From a virus: DNA of 64,000 nucleotides. The position numbers and the translations under genes are program-made. Numbering within the stretch: the stretch's first letter is position 1; each line of letters starts with the position of its first letter. The notes below the pieces were generated by a model. That model was not told the origin of the DNA. It saw only the letters and a program-made list of their open reading frames with translations, and made no database searches. Positions 20,655 through 31,420 of this stretch are shown here, piece by piece. The DNA is taken from the IMG/VR virus record IMGVR_UViG_3300035698_014029, positions 9,517-73,516 of that record; one strand, 5' to 3'.

Positions 20655-21422
20655 ATGGCAGATTTTAAAGACCTTCAAAAACAAATTCATGGACAGCTAG
20701 TAAGTTTTGGCAAAGAAGGATTAAATGCTCTTTTCCCAAGAGATTTTGAACTTTATTTGATATCTTTAGAATTAGTTGATTCTGCCGGAGATACTATTGA
20801 TTTTTTTACATTTCCAATAACTCCTAAGTCTTTTAATAAATCTGAAATCGAAAGAACAACAATAAGAAAAACATTAAGAGCTACAACTGTTATCCAATCA
20901 GATAGCTTTGTCCCACAAGATTTATCTATATCAGGTAATTTTGGAAGAAATATGAAATTTTTATTACCAAATATATTTGGGATTCCTTCTAGCAAAGCAT
21001 TGAATTTTTCTATTAAATCTGGAGTATATGGGTCTGAAGATGTAAATTCATTGATACCTACAAAAGTTCCAACATTTAATCCTTTAGCAAAAACAGGGTA
21101 TGGATGTATTAAAATATTGCAATCTATAATAAGCAAAGCTAAATCTCATGATAATGGGAAACCATTTAAATTATATTTTTATAATCCAGCATTAGGTGAA
21201 AGTTATTTAGTAGTACCAACTAAAAACCCATTAACTATAAATCAAACAGAACAAGAAAATATGATTTGGAGTTATAATTTAAATCTTAAAATAATTGCTG
21301 ATTTATCTAAAATAAGAATAGATAAAAATTCTGTAAAGAATAATCTTAGAATAATAGGTTCTGGAGTTATTCAACAAGACGTAAGTACGTTAGCTAATAA
21401 AGTAAGTAAATTTATACAATAA
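20655..21422 (+). CDS. Baseplate / tube initiator protein
   Basis: FTFPITP, ISGNFG, LYFYN, WSYNLNL motifs; position. Confidence 0.6.
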   Translation: MADFKDLQKQIHGQLVSFGKEGLNALFPRDFELYLISLELVDSAGDTIDFFTFPITPKSFNKSEIERTTIRKTLRATTVIQSDSFVPQDLSISGNFGRNMKFLLPNIFGIPSSKALNFSIKSGVYGSEDVNSLIPTKVPTFNPLAKTGYGCIKILQSIISKAKSHDNGKPFKLYFYNPALGESYLVVPTKNPLTINQTEQENMIWSYNLNLKIIADLSKIRIDKNSVKNNLRIIGSGVIQQDVSTLANKVSKFIQ

Positions 21423-22336
21423 TGAATTCAGTTGAAGAATTTTTTAACATAACAGGGTATAGTATATCTAATTATTTTAGTGAATTTAAGAATTTTGTAA
21501 ACACTTATTATGATAATATAATAGATTATTATAATGGCAATGCAGATATAAATAAAGATGCCTTTAAAATATTAAATGATTTAATAGATAAATCGTCAAT
21601 TGTTTCTGATTTATTTTCTATAAATAAAGATAATTTATCAATAGATACAGGTTTTTGGGATTTATTAGAAACATTCGAAGATACTTTTATAAAATTACAA
21701 ACAATACAAAATACTCCTGCTTGGAATAGAAGTAGTTTTAGTAATGATTATAGTAATAAATTAGATATTGATTATTCTTTAGGACAGCATGAGACTTTAG
21801 AAAAGGCAGCTAGAGAGCTTGGATATAGAGATTCAGATAATGATTATATTGAACTTGCATTAAGAAACAAATTAACTGAAGAAGATTATGATGAAGAAGG
21901 AGGGGTTGTATTAAGAGTTTCTTTTGAAAATACTACAAATGTAAATATATTAACAACTATAGATATATTTACAGGTATAAATGCAATGGGTAAAGATTAT
22001 CCTGTAAAATTTGAAATAAATGAAACTGACGAAGATTTTACAATATTAGAACCATTACCAACATCAGAACAAACAAGTGAAGTTTTATTAGGATTAACAA
22101 AAGGATCAATACCAGAAAGACCTACAGATGGAATAAGTAATTTTATAGGTCAAAATAAAAACTTTACAAAATTCCCTATACTGTTTAGACAGTTATCGGA
22201 AGTTTTTAAAGATGATGATACTTATAAAGGAATTGAATTGATAAATATAGAATATGAACAAGATGCAATTAGAGTAGATGTTCGAATTCTAACAAAAATA
22301 AACGATATTAATTATGAAAAAACATTAGTAATGTAA
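21422..22336 (+). CDS. Baseplate wedge protein (LysM-like plus gp25-like)
   Basis: ETLEKAA...IELALRN and KGSIPE.P..G motifs; precedes baseplate J. Confidence 0.6.
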   Translation: MNSVEEFFNITGYSISNYFSEFKNFVNTYYDNIIDYYNGNADINKDAFKILNDLIDKSSIVSDLFSINKDNLSIDTGFWDLLETFEDTFIKLQTIQNTPAWNRSSFSNDYSNKLDIDYSLGQHETLEKAARELGYRDSDNDYIELALRNKLTEEDYDEEGGVVLRVSFENTTNVNILTTIDIFTGINAMGKDYPVKFEINETDEDFTILEPLPTSEQTSEVLLGLTKGSIPERPTDGISNFIGQNKNFTKFPILFRQLSEVFKDDDTYKGIELINIEYEQDAIRVDVRILTKINDINYEKTLVM

Positions 22337-23523
22337 TGGCTATCAAAGATAAATTAACAACAAGACTTCTTACTACTCAACAAATAAAGCAAATTTATTT
22401 TGAAATATTAAGAAACAATACTGATAAAATAACAAAGTTTACTAATAAATCGGTAAACAATGCTCATGGTTATGGAGTATCTAAGTTATTTCAAAGAGGT
22501 ATGAAGGACGTAGCTGTACAAGAATCAATTATATTTCCAGATACAGCAACAGGAAGTGATTTAGATGCAGCAGCAGATTTATTTGGTGTTTCAGATAGAT
22601 TGGCCACTATAGGAAGCTCAACCTTTGTACAAATAAAAGCAACAGTAGCTACTCAATATATACAAGGTGTTAATATATTTAAATCAACAAATGGTATTGA
22701 ATTTGACATTGTAGGAATTCATACTGCAGATGCTAATGGATTTGCATATATACCTGTAAGATCAATTGGAACAGGTGAAAATACAAATGTAGAAGCTGGA
22801 ACAATTACAACAATCACTCCTAAACCTACTGGACATTCTGCTTGTACAAATGAATATATGGCTGTTGGAGGAAGAGATGCAGAAGATGGTGAAACATTTA
22901 GATTAAGAATTAAAAATCATCCTAATTTAATAGCTAAAGAAACCTTACAATATATTTTAGAAGTAATTAAAGAATTTAATACTGATGTTTTAAGAATATT
23001 TAATTTAGGTTTAGATGATGATTCAAAATTAAATATAGGGTTAGCTACTGTAAATGGTGCAGAATTAACAGATTCAGAATTATCTGAATTAGAAGAAAAT
23101 ATTAAAGATTTTTTAGCTTTGTGTGATGTAAGCTCTTTTGGTAATATATTAAGTTTTAAACTTATTAATATTACATTTCATGAAGTTGGGAGTACAGCTG
23201 GAGTTGATTTTAGAGTTGATATTATTAGTAGTTATGATGTAGAAGATGTTCGAAAGAACATTCAAATAGCTATGACTAAATATCTTGATTTTAGATTTTG
23301 GGATGTAAATGATAAAGTAGAATGGGATAATTTATTAAGCATAGTAAAAAGAACACAAGGAGTTAGATATGTTCCTGATGAATATTTTTTACCTGCTGTT
23401 GATGAAAGTATAACAAGAGGCCAATTACCAAGAATTGTAAGTTTTAAAATGAGAGATTTAGATGGTACTCTTTTATTTGATAATTCAAGTACTACGCTTT
23501 CGGTATATTATACAAATGATTAA
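22336..23523 (+). CDS. Baseplate J-like protein
   Basis: TATGSDLD, G..TNV.AGTI, GGRDAEDGE.FR.R motifs. Confidence 0.88.
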   Translation: MAIKDKLTTRLLTTQQIKQIYFEILRNNTDKITKFTNKSVNNAHGYGVSKLFQRGMKDVAVQESIIFPDTATGSDLDAAADLFGVSDRLATIGSSTFVQIKATVATQYIQGVNIFKSTNGIEFDIVGIHTADANGFAYIPVRSIGTGENTNVEAGTITTITPKPTGHSACTNEYMAVGGRDAEDGETFRLRIKNHPNLIAKETLQYILEVIKEFNTDVLRIFNLGLDDDSKLNIGLATVNGAELTDSELSELEENIKDFLALCDVSSFGNILSFKLINITFHEVGSTAGVDFRVDIISSYDVEDVRKNIQIAMTKYLDFRFWDVNDKVEWDNLLSIVKRTQGVRYVPDEYFLPAVDESITRGQLPRIVSFKMRDLDGTLLFDNSSTTLSVYYTND

Positions 23524-23528
23524 ATAAT

Positions 23529-24182
23529 ATGGGAATAGATAGATTTAATAATGAATTTTTTAAAGATTTTTTTGAATATAATGATTCAGGATTAGCTAAA
23601 ATTGCTAATAATTTATATGAAAAAATAAAAGGAAATGGAATACTCCCTAGATATGTTGAAAGAGAACAAGAAATTAGTAGAATTAATGTAAATGCTATTT
23701 TAACTGTTTTTGATGATTGGTTTTTACCTTCTTTAGATGAATTACAAGCAATGTATAATAACTTAAAGGTGTCTGGAGTAGGTGATTTTAATCAAGCAGC
23801 ATATTGGTCAAGTTCTGAAGAAAATAGTGCTAGTACGAAAAACACATCTTTTACGACAGGAGCTTCGTCAAACACTCCAAAATCTGCATCGTTAGGAGTT
23901 CGTGCTTGTCGATCATTTACAGCAACAGCAGGAGCTTATTCTTTACGAGATGTTGGACAAGCAGGAGGATTAATATTTTATATCGATGGTACAACATTTT
24001 ATGAAGCAGCACCAACAGATCAGTCATCAAGTGTAGCATGGAGTGATATAATAGATGCTGCAATAGGTACAACAGGAACAGTTATTGGAACTGGACAAGC
24101 AAATACAACAGCTATATTGGCTCAGTCAGCAACAGCACCAGCAGCTAAATTATGTAATGATTTAAGTATTACAATTGAATAA
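23529..24182 (+). CDS. Baseplate-associated protein with circularly permuted DUF1566 (CLec-like) domain
   Basis: DDWFLPSLDEL...YWSSSE...VRACRSF followed by GQAGGLIFY...GTGQANT...AAKLC. Confidence 0.7.
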   Translation: MGIDRFNNEFFKDFFEYNDSGLAKIANNLYEKIKGNGILPRYVEREQEISRINVNAILTVFDDWFLPSLDELQAMYNNLKVSGVGDFNQAAYWSSSEENSASTKNTSFTTGASSNTPKSASLGVRACRSFTATAGAYSLRDVGQAGGLIFYIDGTTFYEAAPTDQSSSVAWSDIIDAAIGTTGTVIGTGQANTTAILAQSATAPAAKLCNDLSITIE

Positions 24183-24199
24183 TATAAAAAATAAATATT

Positions 24200-27139
24200 G
24201 TGACAGTAATTAGTTTAACAGATGATTTAAAATTTACTTTTGGTAAATGTATAGATAATGTAGGATTGTTATCTTTATTAGAATTAGCGAATATAGGGAA
24301 GGTTCATGATATTACTATAGAGTTTGTACATCATACTTTAGCAAATGATTTAAACGCTACTATATTAACAAATATCGGCATAATAACTACTACTACTGGA
24401 ACTGTTTCGTCTTTAAGTTATACAGATGGAACTTCAACTGTAACTTGGGGAACAAATCCATTACCAGTAGATACAGATTTACATACTATAAAATTTATAA
24501 GAAATCATATTAATGTTTCATTATATATCGACACAGTATTAATTTCAACACTTGTATTAACAACTAATGAAGATTTTATAATTACAACACTTGTAAGTAG
24601 TGGGCAATATGGCAGAGCAGGGAATATTAAAATTACTAATACTCAGGATGTTATTTTACATTGGTGGAAATGTAATACAATTATAGATAATGAGTTATAT
24701 GATGAAGGGTTAAATGATGAAGATTTTTATACATATTGGTATTCAGTAGCTTATTTATTTGCTATTTTAATAAAATATGATCAAGAGTTATTAAATATTA
24801 CAGATAACGTAGAACAGTTAAGAAAATTTATTGAAACAAAAGGAATATATATTAGTTCAGATATTTCTACTGCTGATTTAACATATATATATGAAAATTG
24901 GATAACTGAATTTGAGAAAAGAGGAACAGCTCAAATGTATTTACCTAAACAAGAAACAGTTCTAGGGAGATGTATCCAAACATATTATGACACAGGAAAT
25001 CAATTCCAAGATATATCTTTTTATGACGGAACTACAGCTTATAATTTAGGTAAAAGTTTAGAATTTGAATTTAAATGGAAACCTGATGATCATTTTTCAG
25101 GAACAGTTATTTTATTAGGGAAATTTCAAATAACTAATACTTCGGGGAGTCTTTATGAATTTACATATTTTAGTGATGTTACTGCTAGATGGTCTGATAT
25201 AACTATATCTCAATATGATGTTACTTTTATTAAATTTATTCGTATTGGAGCTCAAATATGGTTACTTGTAGATAATGTAAATCAAGGAGAAAAGAGTTAT
25301 GCTGCTAATGCAGATCATGGAATAGGATTTGGATCAGTTCCTATTGAAATTTTAACAGGTAGAATAGGGAGAATGTCTAATTTAAAGGTAAAATATGGAA
25401 CAGATTCTTTAAACTGGACAATGACAGAAGTAGATGGAGTTAATTGTTTAGAAATAACCAAAGACCCTGTTAATGATTTAAAAATAAATTCAACAATTGA
25501 TTCAGATGTTGCTTCAAATATATTAGAAAATATAAGAATTACAGATGATGATTTTGACAATATAGTAACTACACCGATAGATGGCGAAATACTTAGATTA
25601 TTAGGTTATAGTTCTAGTGATGAATTTATAATAGGTCAAATAAGAAATCCAGAATTAGGATGGTATTTAGGAGTATCTTCTCCAGATTCTCATCAAACAT
25701 TCCCTATTATAAATTTAAATAAATCTTATGATAGACAACCGAATATAGAAAATGTATTTAGATATCCAGAGATTCCAGACTCTTTAGAAAGAGTAGTGTT
25801 TGATAGTAAGACTTGTTTTAAAGTAGATGTAACAGGAAGTATAACTACAAATGTTTATAATGTAGATATGGATACTCTTTCTTTACAGGCTGATGTTAAT
25901 TTTACTTATCTTTCTGCTATTGAGGATGATGCTGCTTATGATTTTTTTAGACAATTAGATTTAGGGGTAAGTTATGAAATAGTGTTTGAAATTCTTATAC
26001 CAAATACTTCTACAAGTTCTATATTTTTAGCAGATAGTGGTTATGCAGTTAATGGAATAAGAATTGAAACAAGAGCAAATGCTGTAAGTAATCTTTTATA
26101 TGATGTAGAATATATGGGAGCTGTTTTTACATCAGTTGGGAATACAGCTACAGTTGAAACATTAAAACTTGTTAGAGCTGCAGGATTTGTTGAATTATTT
26201 ATCAATAATATTTCTCAAGGGTCTGTAGCTGTTTCAAGTAGTGTTTTAGCTCATACAATTGATATTTTTGCTCAAAATGATGGAGATGGTACTAGATATA
26301 GTAATGTTAAAATTATTCAAAGTACTGTATTAACTCATTGGTGGAAATGTAATGAAGTAGTCTCAACTATAACAAGTGCAGTACCTACATTTTCAAATGT
26401 GTTATTAGATTTAGGTTATCATGGAACAAATGTTTCTGGACAAAATGGAATACATTCAGATTATATAGCATTATATGATTATACTAATCCTGATATTTAT
26501 ATTCCAGTTGATGTAGATCTTAGTTATGAGATATCGTTTATGTTATATTTTGCAAATGAAGCAAATGTTGAACCTTATTTTATAGATTTTGGAATAACTG
26601 GGTTTGATGCAAGTTTTAACAAAATACCAGATGCTTTTATAGGAGTAGAATCAGGGATAAGCTCTAATAATTCATTTATGAAATATATTCCTGAGTATGG
26701 ATTTTTAGATGATGGATTAAATGCAGTTACAAGTAAATTTCATGATATACGTCCAGAATTTCAAGCTGGAGTAAAAGGAAAATGGTTATTTATTAGAGGA
26801 ATTATTTATGGATCAGATGTTACAGCAATAAATAGAGAAGAAAGATTAAATTTAGGATTTGGAGAAAATTTAGAATTTGATGTGGCATCAACTTATATAG
26901 TCCCTAATATTAATATATTATCAACTAGTGAAGTAGTTTCAGGTAGTAACTTGTTTTATATACATAATATCAATGTTAGACCATTAAAATTACCTATAGG
27001 AAAAGGGTATATAGATACAAGAAATGTATTTATAAATTATTTAAAAAACAATGATCGTTTCTCAGAAACAGAAATAAATAGTATATTTGGGGATGATTTA
27101 TTCCCATACAATTCGTTTATAAAAAATAAATATATATAA
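24200..27139 (+). CDS. Large baseplate / tail protein with three LamG/ConA-like domains
   Basis: FEKRGT and DGEILRLL scaffold motifs; three repeated beta-sandwich units; GTG start. Confidence 0.65.
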   Translation: MTVISLTDDLKFTFGKCIDNVGLLSLLELANIGKVHDITIEFVHHTLANDLNATILTNIGIITTTTGTVSSLSYTDGTSTVTWGTNPLPVDTDLHTIKFIRNHINVSLYIDTVLISTLVLTTNEDFIITTLVSSGQYGRAGNIKITNTQDVILHWWKCNTIIDNELYDEGLNDEDFYTYWYSVAYLFAILIKYDQELLNITDNVEQLRKFIETKGIYISSDISTADLTYIYENWITEFEKRGTAQMYLPKQETVLGRCIQTYYDTGNQFQDISFYDGTTAYNLGKSLEFEFKWKPDDHFSGTVILLGKFQITNTSGSLYEFTYFSDVTARWSDITISQYDVTFIKFIRIGAQIWLLVDNVNQGEKSYAANADHGIGFGSVPIEILTGRIGRMSNLKVKYGTDSLNWTMTEVDGVNCLEITKDPVNDLKINSTIDSDVASNILENIRITDDDFDNIVTTPIDGEILRLLGYSSSDEFIIGQIRNPELGWYLGVSSPDSHQTFPIINLNKSYDRQPNIENVFRYPEIPDSLERVVFDSKTCFKVDVTGSITTNVYNVDMDTLSLQADVNFTYLSAIEDDAAYDFFRQLDLGVSYEIVFEILIPNTSTSSIFLADSGYAVNGIRIETRANAVSNLLYDVEYMGAVFTSVGNTATVETLKLVRAAGFVELFINNISQGSVAVSSSVLAHTIDIFAQNDGDGTRYSNVKIIQSTVLTHWWKCNEVVSTITSAVPTFSNVLLDLGYHGTNVSGQNGIHSDYIALYDYTNPDIYIPVDVDLSYEISFMLYFANEANVEPYFIDFGITGFDASFNKIPDAFIGVESGISSNNSFMKYIPEYGFLDDGLNAVTSKFHDIRPEFQAGVKGKWLFIRGIIYGSDVTAINREERLNLGFGENLEFDVASTYIVPNINILSTSEVVSGSNLFYIHNINVRPLKLPIGKGYIDTRNVFINYLKNNDRFSETEINSIFGDDLFPYNSFIKNKYI

Positions 27140-27151
27140 AAATATAAAATT

Positions 27152-28444
27152 ATGTCAGGTTCATTAAATTTTTACAATTATGCAGGATTAGAATCAGCTG
27201 AATTAAAACAACTTGATTTTGATTTAAGACAAGAATTTTCTTTATTGTTAGAATATTTAGGAGGAAACAGTAGCAGTGATTCTTCTATAGGATGTTTAAT
27301 AAAAAAAACATCTCCTACATTAGCAGCTAATTTATTAGTAGAAAAAGATACTATAGTTACTACTTATTTTACTTTAAAAATCACTTTACCGGGTTATGGA
27401 GTATTTGATATGCAATATGGATATGTTGATGCTTTAGATGCTGTAGTATTAGATGATGAAAATAAGTTATTAGATTTAGGAAGAATGATTTTAGATAGAC
27501 CTAGTATTTCTAATTGGGAAGTTCCTGGGATTTCAGGGTTAGGAGCAGGAGTAGTTAGATATGTAGGATTAAAACCTTCATATGATCCAAAAGAAGGAGG
27601 ATTATTAGCTATAAGTGGAACAACTAATCAAGTAACGAAAGCAGGAGGAGATGACTTTACTGCTAAATTAAGAGAACAATCATCTGGGTCTCCAGTAAAG
27701 ATTAGATTTTTTGACGAAGATGGAGTTGTTGCTACTAATAATGGGATTTATGAAGTTATAGATATTGTAGATGCAAATACTATAACTATATCTGGAGATT
27801 TAGTTAATGAAGCAGATGTAAAATATGTTATAGTGGGAACATTTGATTTATTAAATCAATTAGCATCTAATTTAACTGATAAATCTATTTATCTTAATAT
27901 GTCAACTGAATTTTCACTTCAAACCAATATATCTGATTTTACAGGAGCAGGAGGATTTCCATTAGCTAAATTAACTTTTGATGCTGCTCATGATTTTACT
28001 GTTGAAGATTTAAGAGAAGATTATTTATTTAATGTGTCAAATGTAGATCAAGCTTGGATTGATTTATCTGCATCTTTAACTTTTAATGCTACATATGTTA
28101 CTTCTGGGACATTTGAATATAGAGTAATGTTAGATGGAACTATTGAATTTAGAGGAATTTTAGTTTTCCCAGGAGGAGCAGCAACAAATTCTTTTAATTT
28201 ATTTACTTCTTTTCTTTCAGCTGATTTATTTGGAGGAGGAAGAAAAATAGATAGAAGATATGGTGGATTTTTTTTAACAAGTAATGTCAATACTACTACA
28301 TTACAAGACGAACAAGCTTTAGGGAGAATAGATTTTGATTCTGCAACAGCTAATACTTTAATTGTAAACGTTGATTTTACAGATGTAGCAGCGTTAACTG
28401 ATCCTGGATATGGATTTTATGCTAGAATACCAGCAACTTATTAA
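27152..28444 (+). CDS. Baseplate / tail fibre protein
   Basis: LESAEL N-terminus, LA...VEDLR, then YRVMLDGTIEFRG fibre-tip-like domain. Confidence 0.6.
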   Translation: MSGSLNFYNYAGLESAELKQLDFDLRQEFSLLLEYLGGNSSSDSSIGCLIKKTSPTLAANLLVEKDTIVTTYFTLKITLPGYGVFDMQYGYVDALDAVVLDDENKLLDLGRMILDRPSISNWEVPGISGLGAGVVRYVGLKPSYDPKEGGLLAISGTTNQVTKAGGDDFTAKLREQSSGSPVKIRFFDEDGVVATNNGIYEVIDIVDANTITISGDLVNEADVKYVIVGTFDLLNQLASNLTDKSIYLNMSTEFSLQTNISDFTGAGGFPLAKLTFDAAHDFTVEDLREDYLFNVSNVDQAWIDLSASLTFNATYVTSGTFEYRVMLDGTIEFRGILVFPGGAATNSFNLFTSFLSADLFGGGRKIDRRYGGFFLTSNVNTTTLQDEQALGRIDFDSATANTLIVNVDFTDVAALTDPGYGFYARIPATY

Positions 28445-28456
28445 TAAACAAATACC

Positions 28457-29023
28457 ATGAAATTATATTATACAACAAGTGCAGGACAAGACCAAGTACA
28501 AACTGACCCAGCTAAATCTTTAGGTGGGTATAGATCTGCTACATTATTACCAAATGGAAAATTACATAGTATATTTGGAGAAATAAGTAGATATACTATT
28601 TCGAAAGACTTAGAAGAATATATAGGTGTTATATTAAAAAACGATAACGGAGCAGATGTAACAGATATAATGATTTGGTTTGATGTTCCAGATGATAGTT
28701 ATTCTAGTTATGAATTAGCTGCAGTAAGTTTAGCTGCCGATACAGATGGAGTATTAGCTATGGAAAGAGTAGGAGATAGAAATTCTCAACCATTAGTAGG
28801 TGTTTTTGTAGATGCAACCGCAGAAGCAAATAAACAGAATGTAGGAGATATTGCTGATACTGGAATGATAGGTCTTTGGTTTAAACGTACATTAGAAACA
28901 ACTCAAATACAAACCGATCAAGATGATTTAATCTATAAAGAAACTACAGCTGATAAAGTATATATTCAAAGAGAACTAAATACCAGTGATGAAATAGGAA
29001 TAAATATAGAATGGACACAATAA
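28457..29023 (+). CDS. Virion structural protein
   Basis: KLYYT...KSLGG...GLWFKR; last gene of structural operon. Confidence 0.6.
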   Translation: MKLYYTTSAGQDQVQTDPAKSLGGYRSATLLPNGKLHSIFGEISRYTISKDLEEYIGVILKNDNGADVTDIMIWFDVPDDSYSSYELAAVSLAADTDGVLAMERVGDRNSQPLVGVFVDATAEANKQNVGDIADTGMIGLWFKRTLETTQIQTDQDDLIYKETTADKVYIQRELNTSDEIGINIEWTQ

Positions 29024-29038
29024 TTGTCCATTTTTTTT
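29011..29038 (+). terminator. Intrinsic terminator ending structural module
   Basis: atggaca-caataat-tgtccat plus T-run. Confidence 0.65.
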
Positions 29039-29068
29039 GTGATAAAAGATATAAAAACTATATCTTTG
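29036..29068 (+). promoter_or_regulatory. Bacteroidota-type sigma70 promoter
   Basis: TTTG-N21-TATCTTTG. Confidence 0.7.
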
Positions 29069-29072
29069 TTAA

Positions 29073-29588
29073 ATGGTAAAAAAGGTTATTGGAATATATC
29101 AATTAGTATATGGAAAATATATCAATAATCTTCGATATAAATTCAATAACTCTAAAAGAAATCAAAAATACATAGAAAATTTCATTAAGTTAGTTAATGA
29201 AAAAGTAGGTTCAGAGTCTATTGATGAAACTTTTTTTTGGAACTTTACTTTATTCCAATTTGAGTTTTTTAACGGCTCTAATGGAAAATCTGATGTAGAT
29301 ATACAAGTTAATTGGATATATGGCAAGAAAGCCTTTGAAAGGTGGCTAAAAAGGGATATGATTCATTGGGAATACTTCGTAGATAACTTTAAAAAAGAAT
29401 TTAATATTAAAACTCCTATTAAACTTACTATAAATATAGAAGAAGGTGCTGAATATCGAAGAAATATAGAACGTAAAAGATTTTATAATACAGAAGAAGG
29501 GTTTTATTACTGTCAAATGATGATTCTATTTGATGAAGACAATGATATATGTAAGGAGTGTAAATTTTTAAAAGATTGCAGATTATGA
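29073..29588 (+). CDS. Hypothetical protein with C-terminal Cys cluster
   Basis: C...CKEC....C motif. Confidence 0.65.
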   Translation: MVKKVIGIYQLVYGKYINNLRYKFNNSKRNQKYIENFIKLVNEKVGSESIDETFFWNFTLFQFEFFNGSNGKSDVDIQVNWIYGKKAFERWLKRDMIHWEYFVDNFKKEFNIKTPIKLTINIEEGAEYRRNIERKRFYNTEEGFYYCQMMILFDEDNDICKECKFLKDCRL

Positions 29589-30394
29589 TTAAAAATTTAG
29601 AAGAAAAAGCTATACAGTTTATTAAAACAGTTGCAAACAATACAACCCAGATATTATATGCAGGAAATTCGGGTGGTAAGGATAGTGCAGTAGTAGATAA
29701 ATTACTAAAATTAAGTGGTATCACATATTATAGTTTTTACACAAACACAACTATTGATCCACCTAAAACAATTTCACACATACGTAAATATTATCCACAT
29801 ACTGCTATACTACAACCAAAAGAAACATTCTATCAATTAGTAGAGCGAAAAGGATTACCAACAAGATTAAATAGATATTGTTGTGAATATTTAAAAGAGT
29901 ATGGTTCTGTTGGTAAAATGGTATTTGAAGGTGTAAGAAGCGTAGAAAGTAGAAATAGACAAAATAGAGATTATATTCAATGCGATACAAGAAAGTGGCA
30001 AAAAGGAGCGCAACATATTTATCCTATTTATGATTGGACTGATAAAGATGTATATGCATTTATTGATAAATATAATATTGAACTTGCACCACATTATAAA
30101 ACTGGAGCCTGTCGTTTGGGTTGTGTTGGTTGTCCTCTTGTTAGTAGAAAAGGAGCAAGGCAATCAGAATTTGACTTATATCCTAAATATTATGAATTAA
30201 TCAAAAAAGCAATAGGTAAGGGGATGAATAAAAATTCACAATGGAAATTAACTTGTGCTACTGGTGGTGATGCAGAATTAGCTATGCAATGGTGGTTAAG
30301 TGGTAAAACAATGAATGAATATTTTAATGATTATGTATTTGAAGAACCGATAAGACGACAAGGATGGATTAAAAATAAAAAAAATGCAGTCTAA
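29585..30394 (+). CDS. PAPS-reductase family (PP-loop, Fe-S) protein
   Basis: SGGKDS, RYCCEYLKE, GVRSVES..R, PIYDW, RLGCVGCP; ATGA coupling at 29585. Confidence 0.88.
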   Translation: MIKNLEEKAIQFIKTVANNTTQILYAGNSGGKDSAVVDKLLKLSGITYYSFYTNTTIDPPKTISHIRKYYPHTAILQPKETFYQLVERKGLPTRLNRYCCEYLKEYGSVGKMVFEGVRSVESRNRQNRDYIQCDTRKWQKGAQHIYPIYDWTDKDVYAFIDKYNIELAPHYKTGACRLGCVGCPLVSRKGARQSEFDLYPKYYELIKKAIGKGMNKNSQWKLTCATGGDAELAMQWWLSGKTMNEYFNDYVFEEPIRRQGWIKNKKNAV

Positions 30395-30821
30395 ATACGA
30401 AGAAATACCTTGTAGAGAATGTTATAACAATCATTTTATAACCAATAGAAAGTATTGGTTATGTGATAATTGTAATTTTAAACGATTACATGAGGGAAAA
30501 TCTAAACAAGAAGTATATAAAGAACGACAAAAAGGAAAACAGAAAAAAAGAAAAGTTACCGGAGAAAGAGTTTTAAATTTAGAAATATGGTGTGAACGAG
30601 AAAGAATATGTAAACAATGTGGAGGAAAATTAGGAAATATCCCAAAAGTGCATATGTTTGCACATTTAAAATCAAAAGGTTCAAGAGGAGATTTAAGACT
30701 TTGTAAAGACAATATTATATTGTTATGTCTTAAATGTCATTATGCTCTAGATTTTAGAGGTTTAGATGCATATAATGCTCGAAAAGATATTAATATAGGA
30801 GAATATGTTGGAGATAATTAA
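30384..30821 (+). CDS. HNH / zinc-finger endonuclease
   Basis: CKQC...FAHLKSKG...DNIILLCLKCH. Confidence 0.75.
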   Translation: MQSKYEEIPCRECYNNHFITNRKYWLCDNCNFKRLHEGKSKQEVYKERQKGKQKKRKVTGERVLNLEIWCERERICKQCGGKLGNIPKVHMFAHLKSKGSRGDLRLCKDNIILLCLKCHYALDFRGLDAYNARKDINIGEYVGDN

Positions 30822-30837
30822 AATATAACAGTTAAAC

Positions 30838-30869
30838 TTTGGAAGAAACATATAAATAGTATATTTTTG
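30838..30869 (+). promoter_or_regulatory. Bacteroidota-type sigma70 promoter
   Basis: TTTG-N20-TATTTTTG. Confidence 0.7.
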
Positions 30870-30889
30870 TAAATGTAAAGAAAAATAAT

Positions 30890-31420
30890 ATGAATAAATA
30901 TTTTAATTCAGCTGTAAGTAGATTTAAAAAGAAATTTGAAGAAGAATTTAAAATTTCTCCTATTTCTGAAAAAGATGCAGAAGTTATTGTTGAAATAAAA
31001 GAAATCTTAAGAAAGAATGGTTTAAATGATATAAAAGAATTCTTAGAAGACTATAAGTTTTTAGCAGATCAAGAAATCTTGGATAAATTAATGCAATACA
31101 ACATCGATAATCCAGAAATAATCGATAAAGATAAGCAAGAAAAACTACCAAGAAAATTTATAATAGCTAAAGGTCAAAGAATAGAAGCGATATATCTATA
31201 TGGATACCAAAAGAAAATCAAAAAAGATTTTGAAACTTACGACAATAAATACTACATTTTATTAAATCCTACTCCTCCAGAAGTAAAAAAAGTACCATTA
31301 TACGGGAATCATTTAATACAATTAGATTCTCAACAAGAAATGGAAAAGTATGTATTGATATTAGATTCATTAATGGAAGGAAATAATTGTGAATTTTTAG
31401 ATATTGATGAAGAATTTTAA
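30890..31420 (+). CDS. Hypothetical protein
   Basis: ORF after promoter. Confidence 0.65.
   Translation: MNKYFNSAVSRFKKKFEEEFKISPISEKDAEVIVEIKEILRKNGLNDIKEFLEDYKFLADQEILDKLMQYNIDNPEIIDKDKQEKLPRKFIIAKGQRIEAIYLYGYQKKIKKDFETYDNKYYILLNPTPPEVKKVPLYGNHLIQLDSQQEMEKYVLILDSLMEGNNCEFLDIDEEF

Noticed and set aside
23790-23920. DGR variable region in the DUF1566 domain
   Set aside because: No reverse transcriptase or template repeat seen in the window, and the codons are not consistently NNY-type.
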